A stretch of DNA of 63,936 nt, counting the filler, from Octopus bimaculoides (taxonomy: Eukaryota): NCBI RefSeq assembly GCF_001194135.2. It is 6 parts of 5 records of this genome, joined end to end, with 100 filler letters (N's around TTAATTAATTAA, not from the genome) between each part and the next. Parts side by side here need not be neighbours in the genome. Positions count along the whole stretch, not along the records: positions 14,344 to 35,261 come from NC_068985.1; positions 35,362 to 57,998 come from NC_068981.1; 4 more parts are not named here. One strand, given 5' to 3'. The notes beneath the pieces were generated by a model. The model ran no database searches. It had not been told where the DNA came from and saw only the letters and a list, made by a program, of their open reading frames with translations. The stretch's first letter is position 1. Every line of letters begins with the position of its first letter. Below are positions 24,905 through 37,992 of the stretch, in pieces. A program made the translations under genes and the position numbers.

Positions 24905-25312
24905 TCTCTAACTGTGGAAGGAACTTGCAGAAAAGGTAAAAACCCAGAAGACATGAGACAAGGTGGTGAAGCATGATCTTCGGATGTTGGGTCTCACAGA
25001 GGTGATGACAAGTGAACGAGACCTTTGGCAATTTGCTGTACTTAAGAAGATACATCAAGCCAAGTGAAATCATAGTTGTGGACAGTGCCAGTGACACGTA
25101 AAAGGCACCCTTGCCAGTGATACGTAAAAGACACCCATACTAATGACACATAAAAGGTACACACTATAGTCTTGGAGTGGTTGGCATCAGGAAAGGCATC
25201 CAAATGTAGAAACCAAGCCAAAATCAGATAGGAGCCTGGCACAGCTCTCTAACTTACCAATCCCAGTCAAACTATCTAACCCATGCCACCATGGACAATA
25301 GCCTTTAAATGA

Positions 25313-25313
<1 letters not shown>
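24905..25313 (+). mobile_element. RTE LINE 3' end (ORF2 C-terminus plus 3' UTR)
   Basis: Translates LTVEGTCRKGKTQKT*DKVVKHDLRMLGLTEVMTSERDLWQFAVLKK, followed by a UTR homologous to 14414-14641. Confidence 0.8.
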
Positions 25314-25343
<30 letters not shown>

Positions 25344-27094
25344 NNNNNNNNNNNNNNNNNNNNNNNNNNNNNNNNNNNNNNNNNNNNNNNNNNNNNNNNN
25401 NNNNNNNNNNNNNNNNNNNNNNNNNNNNNNNNNNNNNNNNNNNNNNNNNNNNNNNNNNNNNNNNNNNNNNNNNNNNNNNNNNNNNNNNNNNNNNNNNNNN
25501 NNNNNNNNNNNNNNNNNNNNNNNNNNNNNNNNNNNNNNNNNNNNNNNNNNNNNNNNNNNNNNNNNNNNNNNNNNNNNNNNNNNNNNNNNNNNNNNNNNNN
25601 NNNNNNNNNNNNNNNNNNNNNNNNNNNNNNNNNNNNNNNNNNNNNNNNNNNNNNNNNNNNNNNNNNNNNNNNNNNNNNNNNNNNNNNNNNNNNNNNNNNN
25701 NNNNNNNNNNNNNNNNNNNNNNNNNNNNNNNNNNNNNNNNNNNNNNNNNNNNNNNNNNNNNNNNNNNNNNNNNNNNNNNNNNNNNNNNNNNNNNNNNNNN
25801 NNNNNNNNNNNNNNNNNNNNNNNNNNNNNNNNNNNNNNNNNNNNTATATATATATATATTTTCAATTTTCAGAAATTACATAGTGACTCAAGGGCAGAGA
25901 GTTTTGCACAAAGTTGGAGAAATCACTTTGTAACATCTTGTTGTATGTTAACAATAGTTATGATGATAGAGAATATAAAGATTGGTACATCCTCAAAATT
26001 TATTCACTTTTATTTAAAATTTTAATATAAAAATATGCTGTATGACATTGCAAAATAAAAGGAAATAAATTTTGAGAATGTACCAGTCTTCATATTCTCC
26101 ATTGTCATAATTATTGCTAATATACACTCCGGATAATATTACCATCCATTGAAGCAAACACAGAATTACCCATTGGAGAAGTTTACAGCATGAGTGGCAA
26201 CCCATAGTAGTGATTGACATAAAATACTAATTGATACAGTTAGCCATAACCTGGAACATAACTGAGAGCTAGCACAATATCCACCCAGATAACATCTCCC
26301 TCTAAACTCACAAATATAATTATACACACTCACACACGCACATGAACCAGCACCCAGCTTCCATCATGACATTCACTCACAAGACCAGCATGGAACCAGT
26401 GATAGGCACTTATCCATGGAACCATGCAGTGGAACTGTATCTGAAACCACATCACTGTGTTAACCACACAGCCATGCCTGTGCTTCCACACAAACACACA
26501 TATAAATACAATTTGGGGACCAATGTACCTCATTTATCCATCATCCATTTAGTCACTCTATTTAACTTAGGACATACAACACCATCCAACACATCAACAA
26601 ATTACATAGAGAGTGAGTGAGAAAATGAAGGACTCTCTATATCAGGTGTTGGCAACCTTTTTCAAGAAGTAGGTTACAAGAGACATGGCTCATTATCAGG
26701 TGGACTACACTACTAAAAAATTTCATTCAGAAAATTCCACGGGCTGCAGTTTGCCCTTGATTGCTCTACATGATCACAACCTGTTAGGAATAGTAGCCAA
26801 TTTCCCCTGAGTTACTGTCATAAAATAAGGAGAGAACAGGTTGAACTATGTAGTCCTAGATCTTCCTGAAAAGGTAGGATTAGCACTTCTGTATTGGCAT
26901 TGATTCATGGATTTTCTCCATTAGGTCCAGCCTAGTGTTAAACATCACCATCGTCATAATACATACATACATACATACATAGATGGCATTACATTCACAT
27001 CCTTCCACCATTTTCCTGTTGTAGATGCACAACTGCAAAAAGAGCCTACATCATTCACCTGGAAACCTTATTTCAAACAGACTTAAGAAGCATC

Positions 27095-27448
27095 GTGGAG
27101 GCGCAATGGCCCAGTGGTTAGGGCAGTGGACTCGCGGTCATAGGATCGCGGTTTCGATTCCCAGACCGGGCGTTGTGAGTGTTTATTGAGCGAAAACACC
27201 TAAAGCTCCACAAGGCTCCAGTAGGGGATGGTGGCAAACCCTGCTGTACTCTTCCACCACAACTTTCTCTCACTCTTACTTCCTGTTTCTGTTATGCCTG
27301 TAATTCAAAGAGTCAGCCTTGTCACATTGTGTCATGCTGAATATCCCCGAGAACTACGTTAAGGGTACACGTGCCTGTGGAATGCTCAGCCACTTGCACG
27401 TTAATTTCACAAGCAGGCTGTTCCGTTGATCGGAGTGCCAACAAAAAC
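27095..27448 (+). mobile_element. SINE family A with 8-bp TSD and small 3' internal deletion
   Basis: Homologous to 19534-19920. AAGAAGCA occurs at 27085-27092 and 27449-27456. Confidence 0.9.
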
Positions 27449-27545
27449 AAGAAGCACCACTCAAACTTCATTGACTCTATTGTGGCCCAAAACAACAGGG
27501 AACATCAAATACAACTAGTTGTTACACTCGGCAACATAAATGTAC

Positions 27546-27576
<31 letters not shown>

Positions 27577-28001
27577 AAGATATTAATACTAGGAGGGGCA
27601 ACAACATTAACACAATTTTAGAATACATGTATTATAGAAGATATAGTTGACAGTAACATTAGCAACAACAACATTAACAACATAATCAGCAGCAGCAGCA
27701 ATGACAAAAATAGAAGCTGCAGCACTAACAACAAGAGTAACAACAACAATAGTAACAACATATACACAAAAATGATGAAATAAGACAATTATTAAACCAA
27801 AAGTTGTAGTCAATAATGTGGTAGTGGTGGTGGTAGTGAGACAAGAATATTTATACAGGTGTTGGGAGGAATAATGAGAAAGAGGTGTGATAATTACACT
27901 TTAGTCCCTTCGCCTAAATTACCATGGTAAAAATAATCTCTAATTGTCATCTAATTGTTATTTTTGATCCTAAAATAATCTCTCACACACATACACAAAG
28001 T

Positions 28002-28061
<60 letters not shown>

Positions 28062-28205
28062 TGCATATTTATGGTTCATATGTTTGGTGAGAGTTTATAA
28101 TTTCAGGTGATATTAATAGATGTAACCCCTATTTTACAGGGGCAGGAGGGAAAAAAAATAAAAATATAAAAATAAGGGAAACAATAACAACAAAAAGAGA
28201 CAAAC

Positions 28206-28313
28206 CACAATTCATTTCATCTGATTGGTCAAGGCAGTTCTGTAGTCCATTACATCGATCAGTTGAAAGGACACACTGTCCACTGTTACAGCGAAACTGA
28301 CCTTCTCGGCAAG
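28206..28313 (-). CDS. LDLa exon 1 visible ([36 protein letters not shown])
   Basis: TTTTTCTTCTTTTAAAG acceptor and GTTTGT donor; 108 nt, phase 1-1; canonical six-Cys LDLa. Confidence 0.92.
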
Positions 28314-28355
28314 CTTTAAAAGAAGAAAAATTATTTCTAATATCATTAAGAAATA

Positions 28356-28568
28356 TTAACTCTTAATATTAAGATTACTCAGTCAAATGTAATGCTTATT
28401 TATTCACATTGTTTTGAATTAATCTTGCATTATCTTACAGCTTTGAGATTTCAATGATGTGATCATTTGGTTTTAGAATGGTATCATAGAGTAGATGTGA
28501 GAAGCAGGATCTGGCCAGTTTGAAGATATTTAAGCCAGATACGACCAATTTAAATGCTAAAGGGTTAA
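28356..28568. mobile_element. piggyBac-type MITE (TTAA ends)
   Basis: Right end TTTAAATGCTAAAGGG-TTAA; decayed left end TTAA-CTCTTAATATT. Confidence 0.55.
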
Positions 28569-28613
28569 AAAAATATTTTTAGCCAGAAAACTACCTATTT
28601 TGGCAAAGTGGAT

Positions 28614-28680
28614 TTTGACAATACACCATTTGACAACACACCATTTGACAACACGCCATTTGACAACACGCCATTTGACC
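28614..28680. repeat. 15-bp minisatellite x~4.5 (TTTGACAACACGCCA)
   Basis: Direct reading. It produces the spurious DNTPF-repeat ORF. Confidence 0.9.
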
Positions 28681-30141
28681 CAATGTTCATTTTGACAATA
28701 CACAAAATTAGTTTTGACAACATACACAAAACCTTTGTTGGTAAAACACATTTTAATAACTCACAAGACCTATTTGGTAATACTCAAGGCCCAATATGAC
28801 AACTAACTCATATATATTTCTGTTAACACAAACTAGGACAATAGCCCTATGCCATATAAATCCTTGTAAGTAGATTTGCTAGAGAGAAACTGAGAGAAGC
28901 CTCTGTTTGTGTGTGTGTGTGTGGGGGGGGGGGTGTTATCCCATACACCTTTGTGGGTGTGAAAGTTTGTGTTTCCTTGTCTTGACATTGTGTGATAGTT
29001 GTAAGTGAATGTCACTGTTTCACAAGTAGTGTCTTTTGTTTCAAATCTTCCATGATAAGAGATAAGGGTTGGCAACAAGAAGGATATCAAGTCAGAGAAA
29101 ATCTGTCTCAACAAATTCCATGCAAACATAGATTATATACCTTTTATCCTTATCTTTTACTGCTTGTTTCAGCCATTGAACAACAGCCATGCTGTGGCAC
29201 TGCTATGAAAGGTGTAGTTGAACAAATTAACTCCAGCACTTATTTTTAAAGACTGATACTTACTTTATCGGTCTCTTATGCAAAGCAGCTAAGTTACAGG
29301 GATGTAAACAAGCCAACAATAGTTGTCAATTTGTGGTAGGGGATAAACATGACACACACACACATATTAACCATAAAATGTCAGGGGGTATGAGAGGTGA
29401 ATATATTTATTTAAGGATGACCACTTATCATCGTTAGAATTATGGTTTTTACACAGCCTTCTTCATGTAATAATAATGTCATGCATGATAAATTATGTTT
29501 ATACGTCTGTATGCTATGCATTATACAATACAATTATATATTCACAGTTCAATGCAGATAAAGAAAGCTAGATCACCAGAACAACATGGTTACATCAATG
29601 ATTCAACTCTAACTATGTTATAGAATGTTTTCTTTATATATACAATGTGTGGAAGACCAAGACAAGATAAAATTAGCTTGGTCTAGTCAGTAAAAATAAA
29701 TATATGTCACTTCATATCAATTAAGGTACTGGATCTAAGTTCAAGGAATTGACCTTTTTAATGTTTACAAAAAACAGGAAGGGATAAGGAGAGGAAGTAA
29801 AGTAGTTATAGAAAATAAAAAATATGTAGTTTTAAAAAGTGTATAAAAGTACATATAAAAAATATAATATAAATGAATTCAATGGGGAACATTCAGCTGG
29901 AGGTATAATGATTAAACCAAGAGGTAGGATTGAACAACAGTAATTTTCAAATAGGGTTAAAAGGTTAAAAGACCACACATCAAAAACACATAATACATAT
30001 TCACACAATATAAATACACATACATACAAATGTATGCATACAAATACATACACATATATACCTATAGACATGTATATATGCATAAAGATACTCATACATA
30101 TACACACACAAACCATTTTATGAATCCATTATTATACTATA

Positions 30142-30179
<38 letters not shown>

Positions 30180-30258
30180 GAATAATAATGAATGGAGCAA
30201 AACGCATATAAGCAAAACGCATATAATCAAATGCGTTTTGCTCCATTTATTATTATTC
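30180..30258. repeat. Short near-perfect inverted repeat (28-bp arms) with internal direct repeat
   Basis: GAATAATAATGAATGGAGCAAAACGCAT / ATGCGTTTTGCTCCATTTATTATTATTC, one mismatch. Confidence 0.85.
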
Positions 30259-30673
30259 TTTATATCAACTCAAAATACATCACTTTAACATGGAATCTCT
30301 ACCCCTTAAGCAGGTATAATATCCCAGTTCTTGTGTGATTTTTGCTACCCTGGTAACTATTAACATATNNNNNNNNNNNNNNNNNNNNNNNNNNNNNNNN
30401 NNNNNNNNNNNNNNNNNNNNNNNNNNNNNNNNNNNNNNNNNNNNNNNNNNNNNNNNNNNNNNNNNNNNCCTATGACCGCGGGTCCGCTGCCCTAACCACT
30501 GGGCCATTGCGTCTCCACACAGATACATATATATACACCCACACACCCACATATATATATATAATACATAAAAGTGTATATACTCATATGTAGATTTCAT
30601 TATTCAAGCACTGTTTGGTTGGTGCCTTTCTGTGGATTGTTGGTATGGTAGTTCCGGTGGTTTNNNNNNNNNN

Positions 30674-30944
30674 CCTTAACGTAGTTCTCGGGGAGATTCA
30701 GAGTGACGCAGAGTGTGACAAGGTTGCCCTTTGAAATAGAGGTACGACAGAAACAGGAAGAAAGAGTGAGAGAAAGTTGTGGTGAAAGAATACAGCATAG
30801 TTCACCGCCACCCCCTGCCGGAGCCTCGTGAAACTTTAGGTGTTATCGCTTAATAAACACCCACAACGCCCGGTCTGGGAATCGAAACTGCGATCCTATG
30901 ACCGCGGGTCCGCTGCCCTAACCACTGGGCCATTGCGTCTCCAC
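30674..30944 (-). mobile_element. SINE family A (3' end lost in gap)
   Basis: Reverse complement of the GGAGACGCAATGGCCCAGTGGTTAGGGCAGCGG head and body. Confidence 0.88.
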
Positions 30945-31963
30945 ACAGATACATATATATACACCCACACACCCACATATATATATATAATACATAAAAG
31001 TGTATATACTCATATGTAGATTTCATTATTCAAGCACTGTTTGGTTGGTGCCTTTCTGTGGATTGTTGGTATGGTAGTTCCGGTGGTTTTGATAGTATTT
31101 TTTGTTCAGTTTCGGTTGGTATTTTCGAATATAGTATTCTTCCTTGTTCTTACGAAAATATTAATTTTCTGTCCATAGTTTGAAGAAAGGGAATATTAAA
31201 ATTTTCTTTTCTCACATTTTTCGAAGTGTTCACTGCAAGTTGTGTTTCTAATAGAGGGGTCATGGATTTGTTGTTCATGTACCCTTACTCTCTCATATAG
31301 TCCAATGCCTGTTTCACCTGTGTATTTTGGCATTCGGGACATGTGGCACAATAGATAGGATTTCTGGATTTCCAATTCATATTTGCATTTATTTTAAAGT
31401 TGTTGTTTTCTTTGAAAGTAATTTGTTCTTCAATGTAATCACACGTTCCGCAGCGAGGGTCATCACGTTTTTGAACTTATTTCTCTAGTGGTAAATCTTG
31501 CCTGGGTTAAGAACTTTTTTAGGTTGGGTATTTGACGTCTGCTATAAATTATTTTTGGATCTGTAATTAATTTGTTCATTCTTGATGATTGTTGAAGAAT
31601 TGGTACGTATCTTTTTGCAGTGTCGAGATCTCTTGGGTTGTCGGTGATGATAAAAAGAATCTTTATGAGTTCAATTTTATTTCTGTGTGTTTGCTTTCCT
31701 CTGAGGTGTGTAGTTGGGATGTTTTTTGCTTTGGTGATTGCTGCGTCAATTAAACTAGTGGGATATTTATGTTCTTTTAGAAATATTTTTAATTCCTGTA
31801 ATCGTTTATTCCTTAATTCTACATCTGGAAATTCTTTTGTGTGTTGTTCCATGGTGAATTTTATTGAGGTATGTAAATTATTTAAAAGTGAGTGAAAGAT
31901 TCCTAAGTCTTCTTGGTTTTTGGTCTAGAATATAAAGCAGTCATCCAAATATCGTTTCCAGTT

Positions 31964-32025
<62 letters not shown>

Positions 32026-32434
32026 GAAAAATTGTTCGTTAAATGTTTCTGTTAGTTGCGAATAGAATATGACCACTAAGAAAACCATTACAAGTGTTGC
32101 ATAGGTGGAGGCTACATTTGTCACCATCGCCGTTCCTTTTGTTTGTAAGTAGAAGTTGTTGTCGAAGAAGTGATTATTTTCCAGTATTAATTTTATCCAT
32201 CTAAAATGAAGGTTTTTGAGAATCTTTCCATGATATGATTCGGGTATTTTGTTAACCAGAAATTTATAGCTTCAGTTCCTAGTTCGTGAGAGATATTGGT
32301 GCATAGACTAGTTGCATCGAAACTAACAAGAATTATCTCCTGGTGGACACTTTTAGGTATGTAGTTTAAGAAGTCCATATCGTCCCAGACAAAGCTTGGT
32401 ATCATTTTGCATAAAGGTTTTAGAACTATATATA

Positions 32435-33824
32435 TTGGGTTGGCAACTAAGTTCCTGCCGTTTTTTTAAATTTTGGAATTTATTGCGTCTTTAAATTTCG
32501 GAATCTATTTTTTTTTCGAGAGTTCTATTTTTGAATCATTTTGGAATCTCTTCTGTTTTATTTTTTGTTTTTTTTTCTAGTTAATTTTAGTTAATTTTTG
32601 TTTATTTTCACATCATTAAAATGGAATGTCAAGTTAAGAAAAGCGAGCATTTTTGACACCTCCTTCTTTTTGATTTTAATCAAGGTTCTAAGGCCTCAAA
32701 AGCTGCTGGCGACATTTGTGCTGTGTATGGAGAGCGTGCCATAATTGAAAGAACCGCTCGTGATTGATATGTCAAGTTAAAAAATAGAATTTTGACCTCA
32801 AGATGCACCTCGTTCTAGCCGTCCAGTTGAGTTCGATGAAGAGCGATTAATCCAACTTTTGCACGAAAATTCTCGTGAAATGACAAGGGAACTGGCAAAG
32901 AAAATGGAATGCTCCCACACTGCTATAGAGAAGCATCTTCACTCGATGGGAAAAGTTCAGAAGTATGGAGCATGGGTTTCGCATGCTTTAAGTGACAACA
33001 ACAAAAANNNNNNNNNNNNNNNNNNNNNNNNNNNNNNNNNNNNNNNNNNNNNNNNNNNNNNNNNNNNNNNNNNNNNNNNNNNNNNNNNNNNNNNNNNNNN
33101 NNNNNNNNNNNNNNNNNNNNNNNNNNNNNNNNNNNNNNNNNNNNNNNNNNNNNNNNNNNNNNNNNNNNNNNNNNNNNNNNNNNNNNNNNNNNNNNNNNNN
33201 NNNNNNNNNNNNNNNNNNNNNNNNNNNNNNNNNNNNNNNNNNNNNNNNNNNNNNNNNNNNNNNNNNNNNNNNNNNNNNNNNNNNNNNNNNNNNNNNNNNN
33301 NNNNNNNNNNNNNNNNNNNNNNNNNNNNNNNNNNNNNNNNNNNNNNNNNNNNNNNNNNNNNNNNNNNNNNNNNNNNNNNNNNNNNNNNNNNNNNNNNNNN
33401 NNNNNNTGTTCAACAGATGGAGCGACTTAACACGGCTATTCAAGAGAAAAGACCTAATCGGCAGCATGGAGTTCTTCTGCTACACGACGACATCCGCCCT
33501 CATATCGCCAATATGACCAAGGAAACCATTCAAGCGCATGGCTGGGAAGTGCTGCCACACCCGTCGTACTTTCCTGATTTGGCACCAACGGATTCCCACC
33601 TCTTTCGATCTCTTTCATATGCTATGCGCGGAGTTTCGTTCAATACTGATGCAGAATTGAGAGCTTGGTTGGATCAATTTTTCGAGTCGAAATCGGGTAA
33701 TTTCTACTAACGAGGTATTGAAAATCTTGTTGAACGTTGGGAAGAAGTTGTAAACAACAAGAGTGAATACATTATTGATTAATTAATTGTTATTTTTTCG
33801 GCTGGAACTTAGTTGCCAACCCGG
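32435..33824 (+). mobile_element. Mariner (DD34D) transposon, full-length with TA TSD
   Basis: 26-bp TIRs TTGGGTTGGCAACTAAGTTCCTGCCG / CCGGGTTGGCAACTAAGTTCCAGCCG (23/26), flanked by TA at 32433-32434 and 33825-33826. Confidence 0.95.
32621..33782 (+). pseudogene. Mariner transposase pseudogene (central part in N gap)
   Basis: MECQVKKSEHF*HLLLFDFNQGSKAS.. to LLHDDIRPH..HPSYFPDLAPTDSHLFRSL..RWEEVVNNKSEYIID*, with stops and a frameshift. Confidence 0.93.
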
Positions 33825-35212
33825 TATATTAAGTTGCTTAAACGTTGTATGCTGGATTCTGGTCCTGCAAATCTTGGGCGTAGTTTCAGAACTCTGGGAT
33901 TTGGAATTTCGAGATATGTTTAATTGTTTCCTTTTATGTTGTCTTGGATTTTTTTGATTTGTGGATCTTGGGTAAACCATAGAAGTTATTGGTTTTTACT
34001 TCGAAGCTGGTTAAATAATCAACTTCATTCTCAGTCAGGTTATTACGATATTTTGAGACCAGTCTATGTACCTTGCACATGGTATTTTTATCCTCGTTTT
34101 CGTTTTTATCCTCGTTTTGGTTTTTTATCCTCGTTTCTTGTAGAAGTGATGGTCATTGAGTTGTTCCATCACCATATCTCTGTACTGGTTCTTGTCCATG
34201 GTAACTATTGCTCCACCTTTGGCCTCTTCTTTGAAAATTATCGAAGAGTCTTTTTGTAAACTTTTTAATGCTTCCAATTGATCTTTAAATATGTTGGATT
34301 TACATTTCTTCTCAGTCATATTAGATTGAGCTGATCGTCGTAGGTAGCTCATATAGTCTTCTAAATGTTTGTCTCTATTCAAGGGAGGTCTGAATCTTGT
34401 TCTGTTTCTAACCAATGATTCATCTGTGTGTCCAGTATTCAGAAAAAATTCTCTCAATCGTAATTTACGGCAAAATTCTTCTGTGCTCTTTATGACTTCA
34501 GCTTCGCTGGGTTTTGGAGTGGGCGTAAATTTCAGTCCATTTTCAAGTTTAATTTCTTCGTTGGATAAATTTAGTATTTTCGGTTTGCTTAGGTGTTTGT
34601 TTTCTAATGCCTCGGGAAGAACGGTGCTATTTTTTTGAACTTTTTTTTCTGGTGGTATATCTCCTGTCTTAAAAAATAGTTTCCATTGAAGTTGGGAGTG
34701 TTTATGCGGGAATTTTGTATTTTTCTGTATGCAAATATTTTAGGTTAGTTATTCATGGGTAGTATGTTCTTGGTTGTTGGATTGGGGGTTGACTCATTAT
34801 TCTATTGTTGTTCCACGTGGTTCGCTTGGGTCTATGATTTGGTCTGTGTAGAGTTCTATTTGTTCTTTGGTTCGGGTTGTATATTCTCGTTTCTTATTAT
34901 ATCCGCATATAATCGCAAATTTGTGTTTCTTAGAGGACTGAGGTAACTATGTCTATTTTGTGGGCAAATTTCTTTTCTTTTGATGTTGTTTTGAGGTCTG
35001 AAGGTTGTCATAGGTCGGTATGAATGTTTTGGCAGATTTTTCCCATAGGTGTTTTCATATTCCTGTAGCGAGAGGATTTTTGATTCCAAGATCTTAGACT
35101 TCGTCTCCTCTCTGATGGTGTATATGTGTACATATATATGTACATATACATATATGCACATATACATATATGCACATATATATATATGTATATGTATATA
35201 TATGTATATGTA

Positions 35213-35261
<49 letters not shown>

Positions 35262-35379
35262 NNNNNNNNNNNNNNNNNNNNNNNNNNNNNNNNNNNNNNN
35301 NNNNNTTAATTAATTAANNNNNNNNNNNNNNNNNNNNNNNNNNNNNNNNNNNNNNNNNNNNATATATATATATAAACAT

Positions 35380-36378
35380 GGGAATTATATATAACAATGG
35401 CACTTTTTTTTTAAATACCCCAGTTTGCTAAAATTTGGTAGACAAAACATTCCGAAGCCACAAGAATTAACATTAGATTTTCATGTGCATGGTGGGTGGG
35501 GGGAACTAAATGAAATAAGGATTGCGTCTTACCTCTGCAAAATTGCAAGAAGGAATGTCCGTTAAGTTGGTATCATGATTTTGAATTTAGCGCCAAAAGA
35601 CACTTAATTTCCCTCAGCCAAATCTACTTATTACAAACACATATATCACTTCAAACAATGCTTGTGTTCGTTTCAGTGCCCAAGCCGCATTGCGAAAAAC
35701 GAACTAAGTGAATACAATTTTTTAGAAATATAGAAAGAACATACGAGATATTAATGTTAGTGGCCGCAAGCTAAAACCGAATAGGCAAAATCAATATATG
35801 TATATAAAAGAATTATATATAACAAGGGTGTTTTCTTAAAAAAAACACCAGCTTTGATAGAAATTAGGAGTCAAAACACTCCGAAGCCATAAAAGTTAAC
35901 ACTATATATCCACAGGAATGGCTTGTAAAAAGAAAAAAAATCTAAATGGTATTATATATTTTTTAAAAAATATATAAAGAATATTAATACTCACCTATTT
36001 CGTTTTTCTCAGTGCAGCTTGGAAACTGAAACGAACACAGGCATTGGTTGAAGTGATATATATAAGAGGATGTTGTTAGTAGACATGGGTGAGGAGAATC
36101 AAGCGAGTTTTGGCGCTAAATTCGAAACAATGAAATCAAATTGACTGACGTTCTTTCAATATTGCAGAGGTAAGATGCAATCCCTATTTCACCTAGTTTT
36201 TTTTTTTTCGAACCATGCCTGTGAAAATATAATGTTGCTTTTTGAGACTTCGGAGTGTTTTGACTCCTAATTGTTAGCAAGGCTGATGTAATTTTTAAAG
36301 CGCCCTTGATATGTATAATTCGTATATATATATAAATTTTGGCAATACGGTTTTCGCTTGCGGCCACTAACATTAATA
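35380..36378. mobile_element. Complex foldback/MITE: 35749-36378 with ~150-bp inverted arms, preceded by a partial tandem copy
   Basis: Perfect 23-bp terminal IR TATTAATGTTAGTGGCCGCAAGC. ~35500-35705 is inverted-homologous to ~36000-36200, and 35380-35490 is directly homologous to 35805-35915. Confidence 0.75.
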
Positions 36379-36396
36379 ACTGTGATGAGTATTAAT

Positions 36397-36453
<57 letters not shown>

Positions 36454-36463
36454 NNNNNNNNNN

Positions 36464-36504
<41 letters not shown>

Positions 36505-36704
36505 TAAATTCGTTTAAGGTAACGTCAGAGTTATGCAATAAAGCTCCTATTTCGTTATGCCGGCTATCGTCTAATGATACTGACTAAAAATAATACAGAT
36601 TATACGGTATCAATCCCAAGGATACCGACTCTGATGTCAAAATCATGAGATTTGTGGAAATGTACGTAGCGATGTACTAAATATTCATAAATTCCATCCT
36701 AGAA

Positions 36705-36752
36705 TTATTATTATTATTATCATTATTATTTTTGTTATTATTATTGTTATTG

Positions 36753-36835
<83 letters not shown>

Positions 36836-36855
36836 ATTGTTGTTGTTGTTGTTTA
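36705..36855. repeat. (ATT)n/(GTT)n microsatellite
   Basis: Direct reading. Confidence 0.95.
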
Positions 36856-37659
36856 ATATATATATATATCACGGTGGTGCATCAGCATGGCCGCAGCTCT
36901 GAGCTGAAACTTTGAAATGAAAAAATATATATTTTAATCTGCTTTCTATCTCTCTCGCTCTCTGTATGTATATCTTTTACTTAACAAGTAAGAGGCGGCA
37001 TGTAAGCCATTGAAAACGTGTTTATGTTTCCTCTGTAACTTTATGTGCATGTGTATGTGTGTGTATGTGTCCATTGGCCATTGATGTAATTGATACCTGA
37101 CCACTAGGCAGACGGTGTGGCAGACTAGTGTAATTGGGTGGATCGCAGACTTTCGGAAGAATAAAAAGAAAGGTGTATACCTGTTGAACAAGTATACTTT
37201 AAGAACCATAAGACATGGGGGAAGAAGAAAACTATATAATTTTTCTGGCTGATATAAAAATTGCTAACACTTCAATAATTTATTAAGCACTTGAAAACGT
37301 GAAAATTTTTCTGTATTTTTTTCTATTCTTTCTTCTTCCATGGCCGTTATTCCTCACCAGTGGTTTCTCTTATTTATGATGTGTAAATGTGACCCTATAA
37401 CGACATCAAACTCGGTGTGTATATAAATTCTAAGTACTTCAAGTTCGTTCAGAAAATACATTTTACACTTAATTCTGATGAGTCTAATTTAGTACAGTTA
37501 CATCAGAGAATAATCAATAATTACATAATATATTATTTTATAATATAAAAAGATTAATGAGATCAAATTCAGAGGAATCGATTTTAAATTGATGTATTAA
37601 AAAGAATTGTTCACTCCCATTTTCCTTATTTATCTTTTTGTGGGTGTGTGTGTTTGTGC

Positions 37660-37717
<58 letters not shown>

Positions 37718-37937
37718 GTGTGTGAGTGTGAGTATGCATGTATGCATAGATGCATACACACAGTTACATGCATATGTTTATAGATAAATAAAGAATGGAA
37801 CTGACTCGCATTACATATACATATATACTTGCAGATAAACGCATCCATTTGAAAATTAGGTAATTTGTTTCGCTGCTCATATATTTTTCAAAAGTTCTCT
37901 GCCTGTCGGACTGTCTGTCCGTCTCTGGCTCTGTCTC

Positions 37938-37992
<55 letters not shown>

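Larger units (their letters stand above)
31090..35135 (-). mobile_element. Near full-length decayed Penelope-like retroelement (RT plus GIY-YIG), interrupted by a mariner
   Basis: RT motifs LVSFDATSLCTNI, QTKGTAM and WKRYLDDCFIF; linker D-P-R-C-G-T-C; GIY-YIG NPIYCATCPECQ/KYTGETG..ERVRVHEQQI. Multiple stops and frameshifts. Confidence 0.92.

Noticed and set aside
26014-26220. Minus-strand ORF with a signal-peptide-like stretch (MGCHSCCKLLQWVILCLLQWMVILSG)
   Set aside because: Weak donor in the wrong phase for the next LDLa exon, and it lies downstream of another LDLa exon.
28608-28799. ORF with DNTPF pentapeptide repeats
   Set aside because: Explained by the 15-bp minisatellite.
30469-31089. 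Exact 195-bp duplication (30469-30663 = 30895-31089), possibly a Penelope pseudo-LTR
   Set aside because: The first copy is bounded by N gaps on both sides and includes SINE head plus flank. An assembly or haplotype duplication is more likely.
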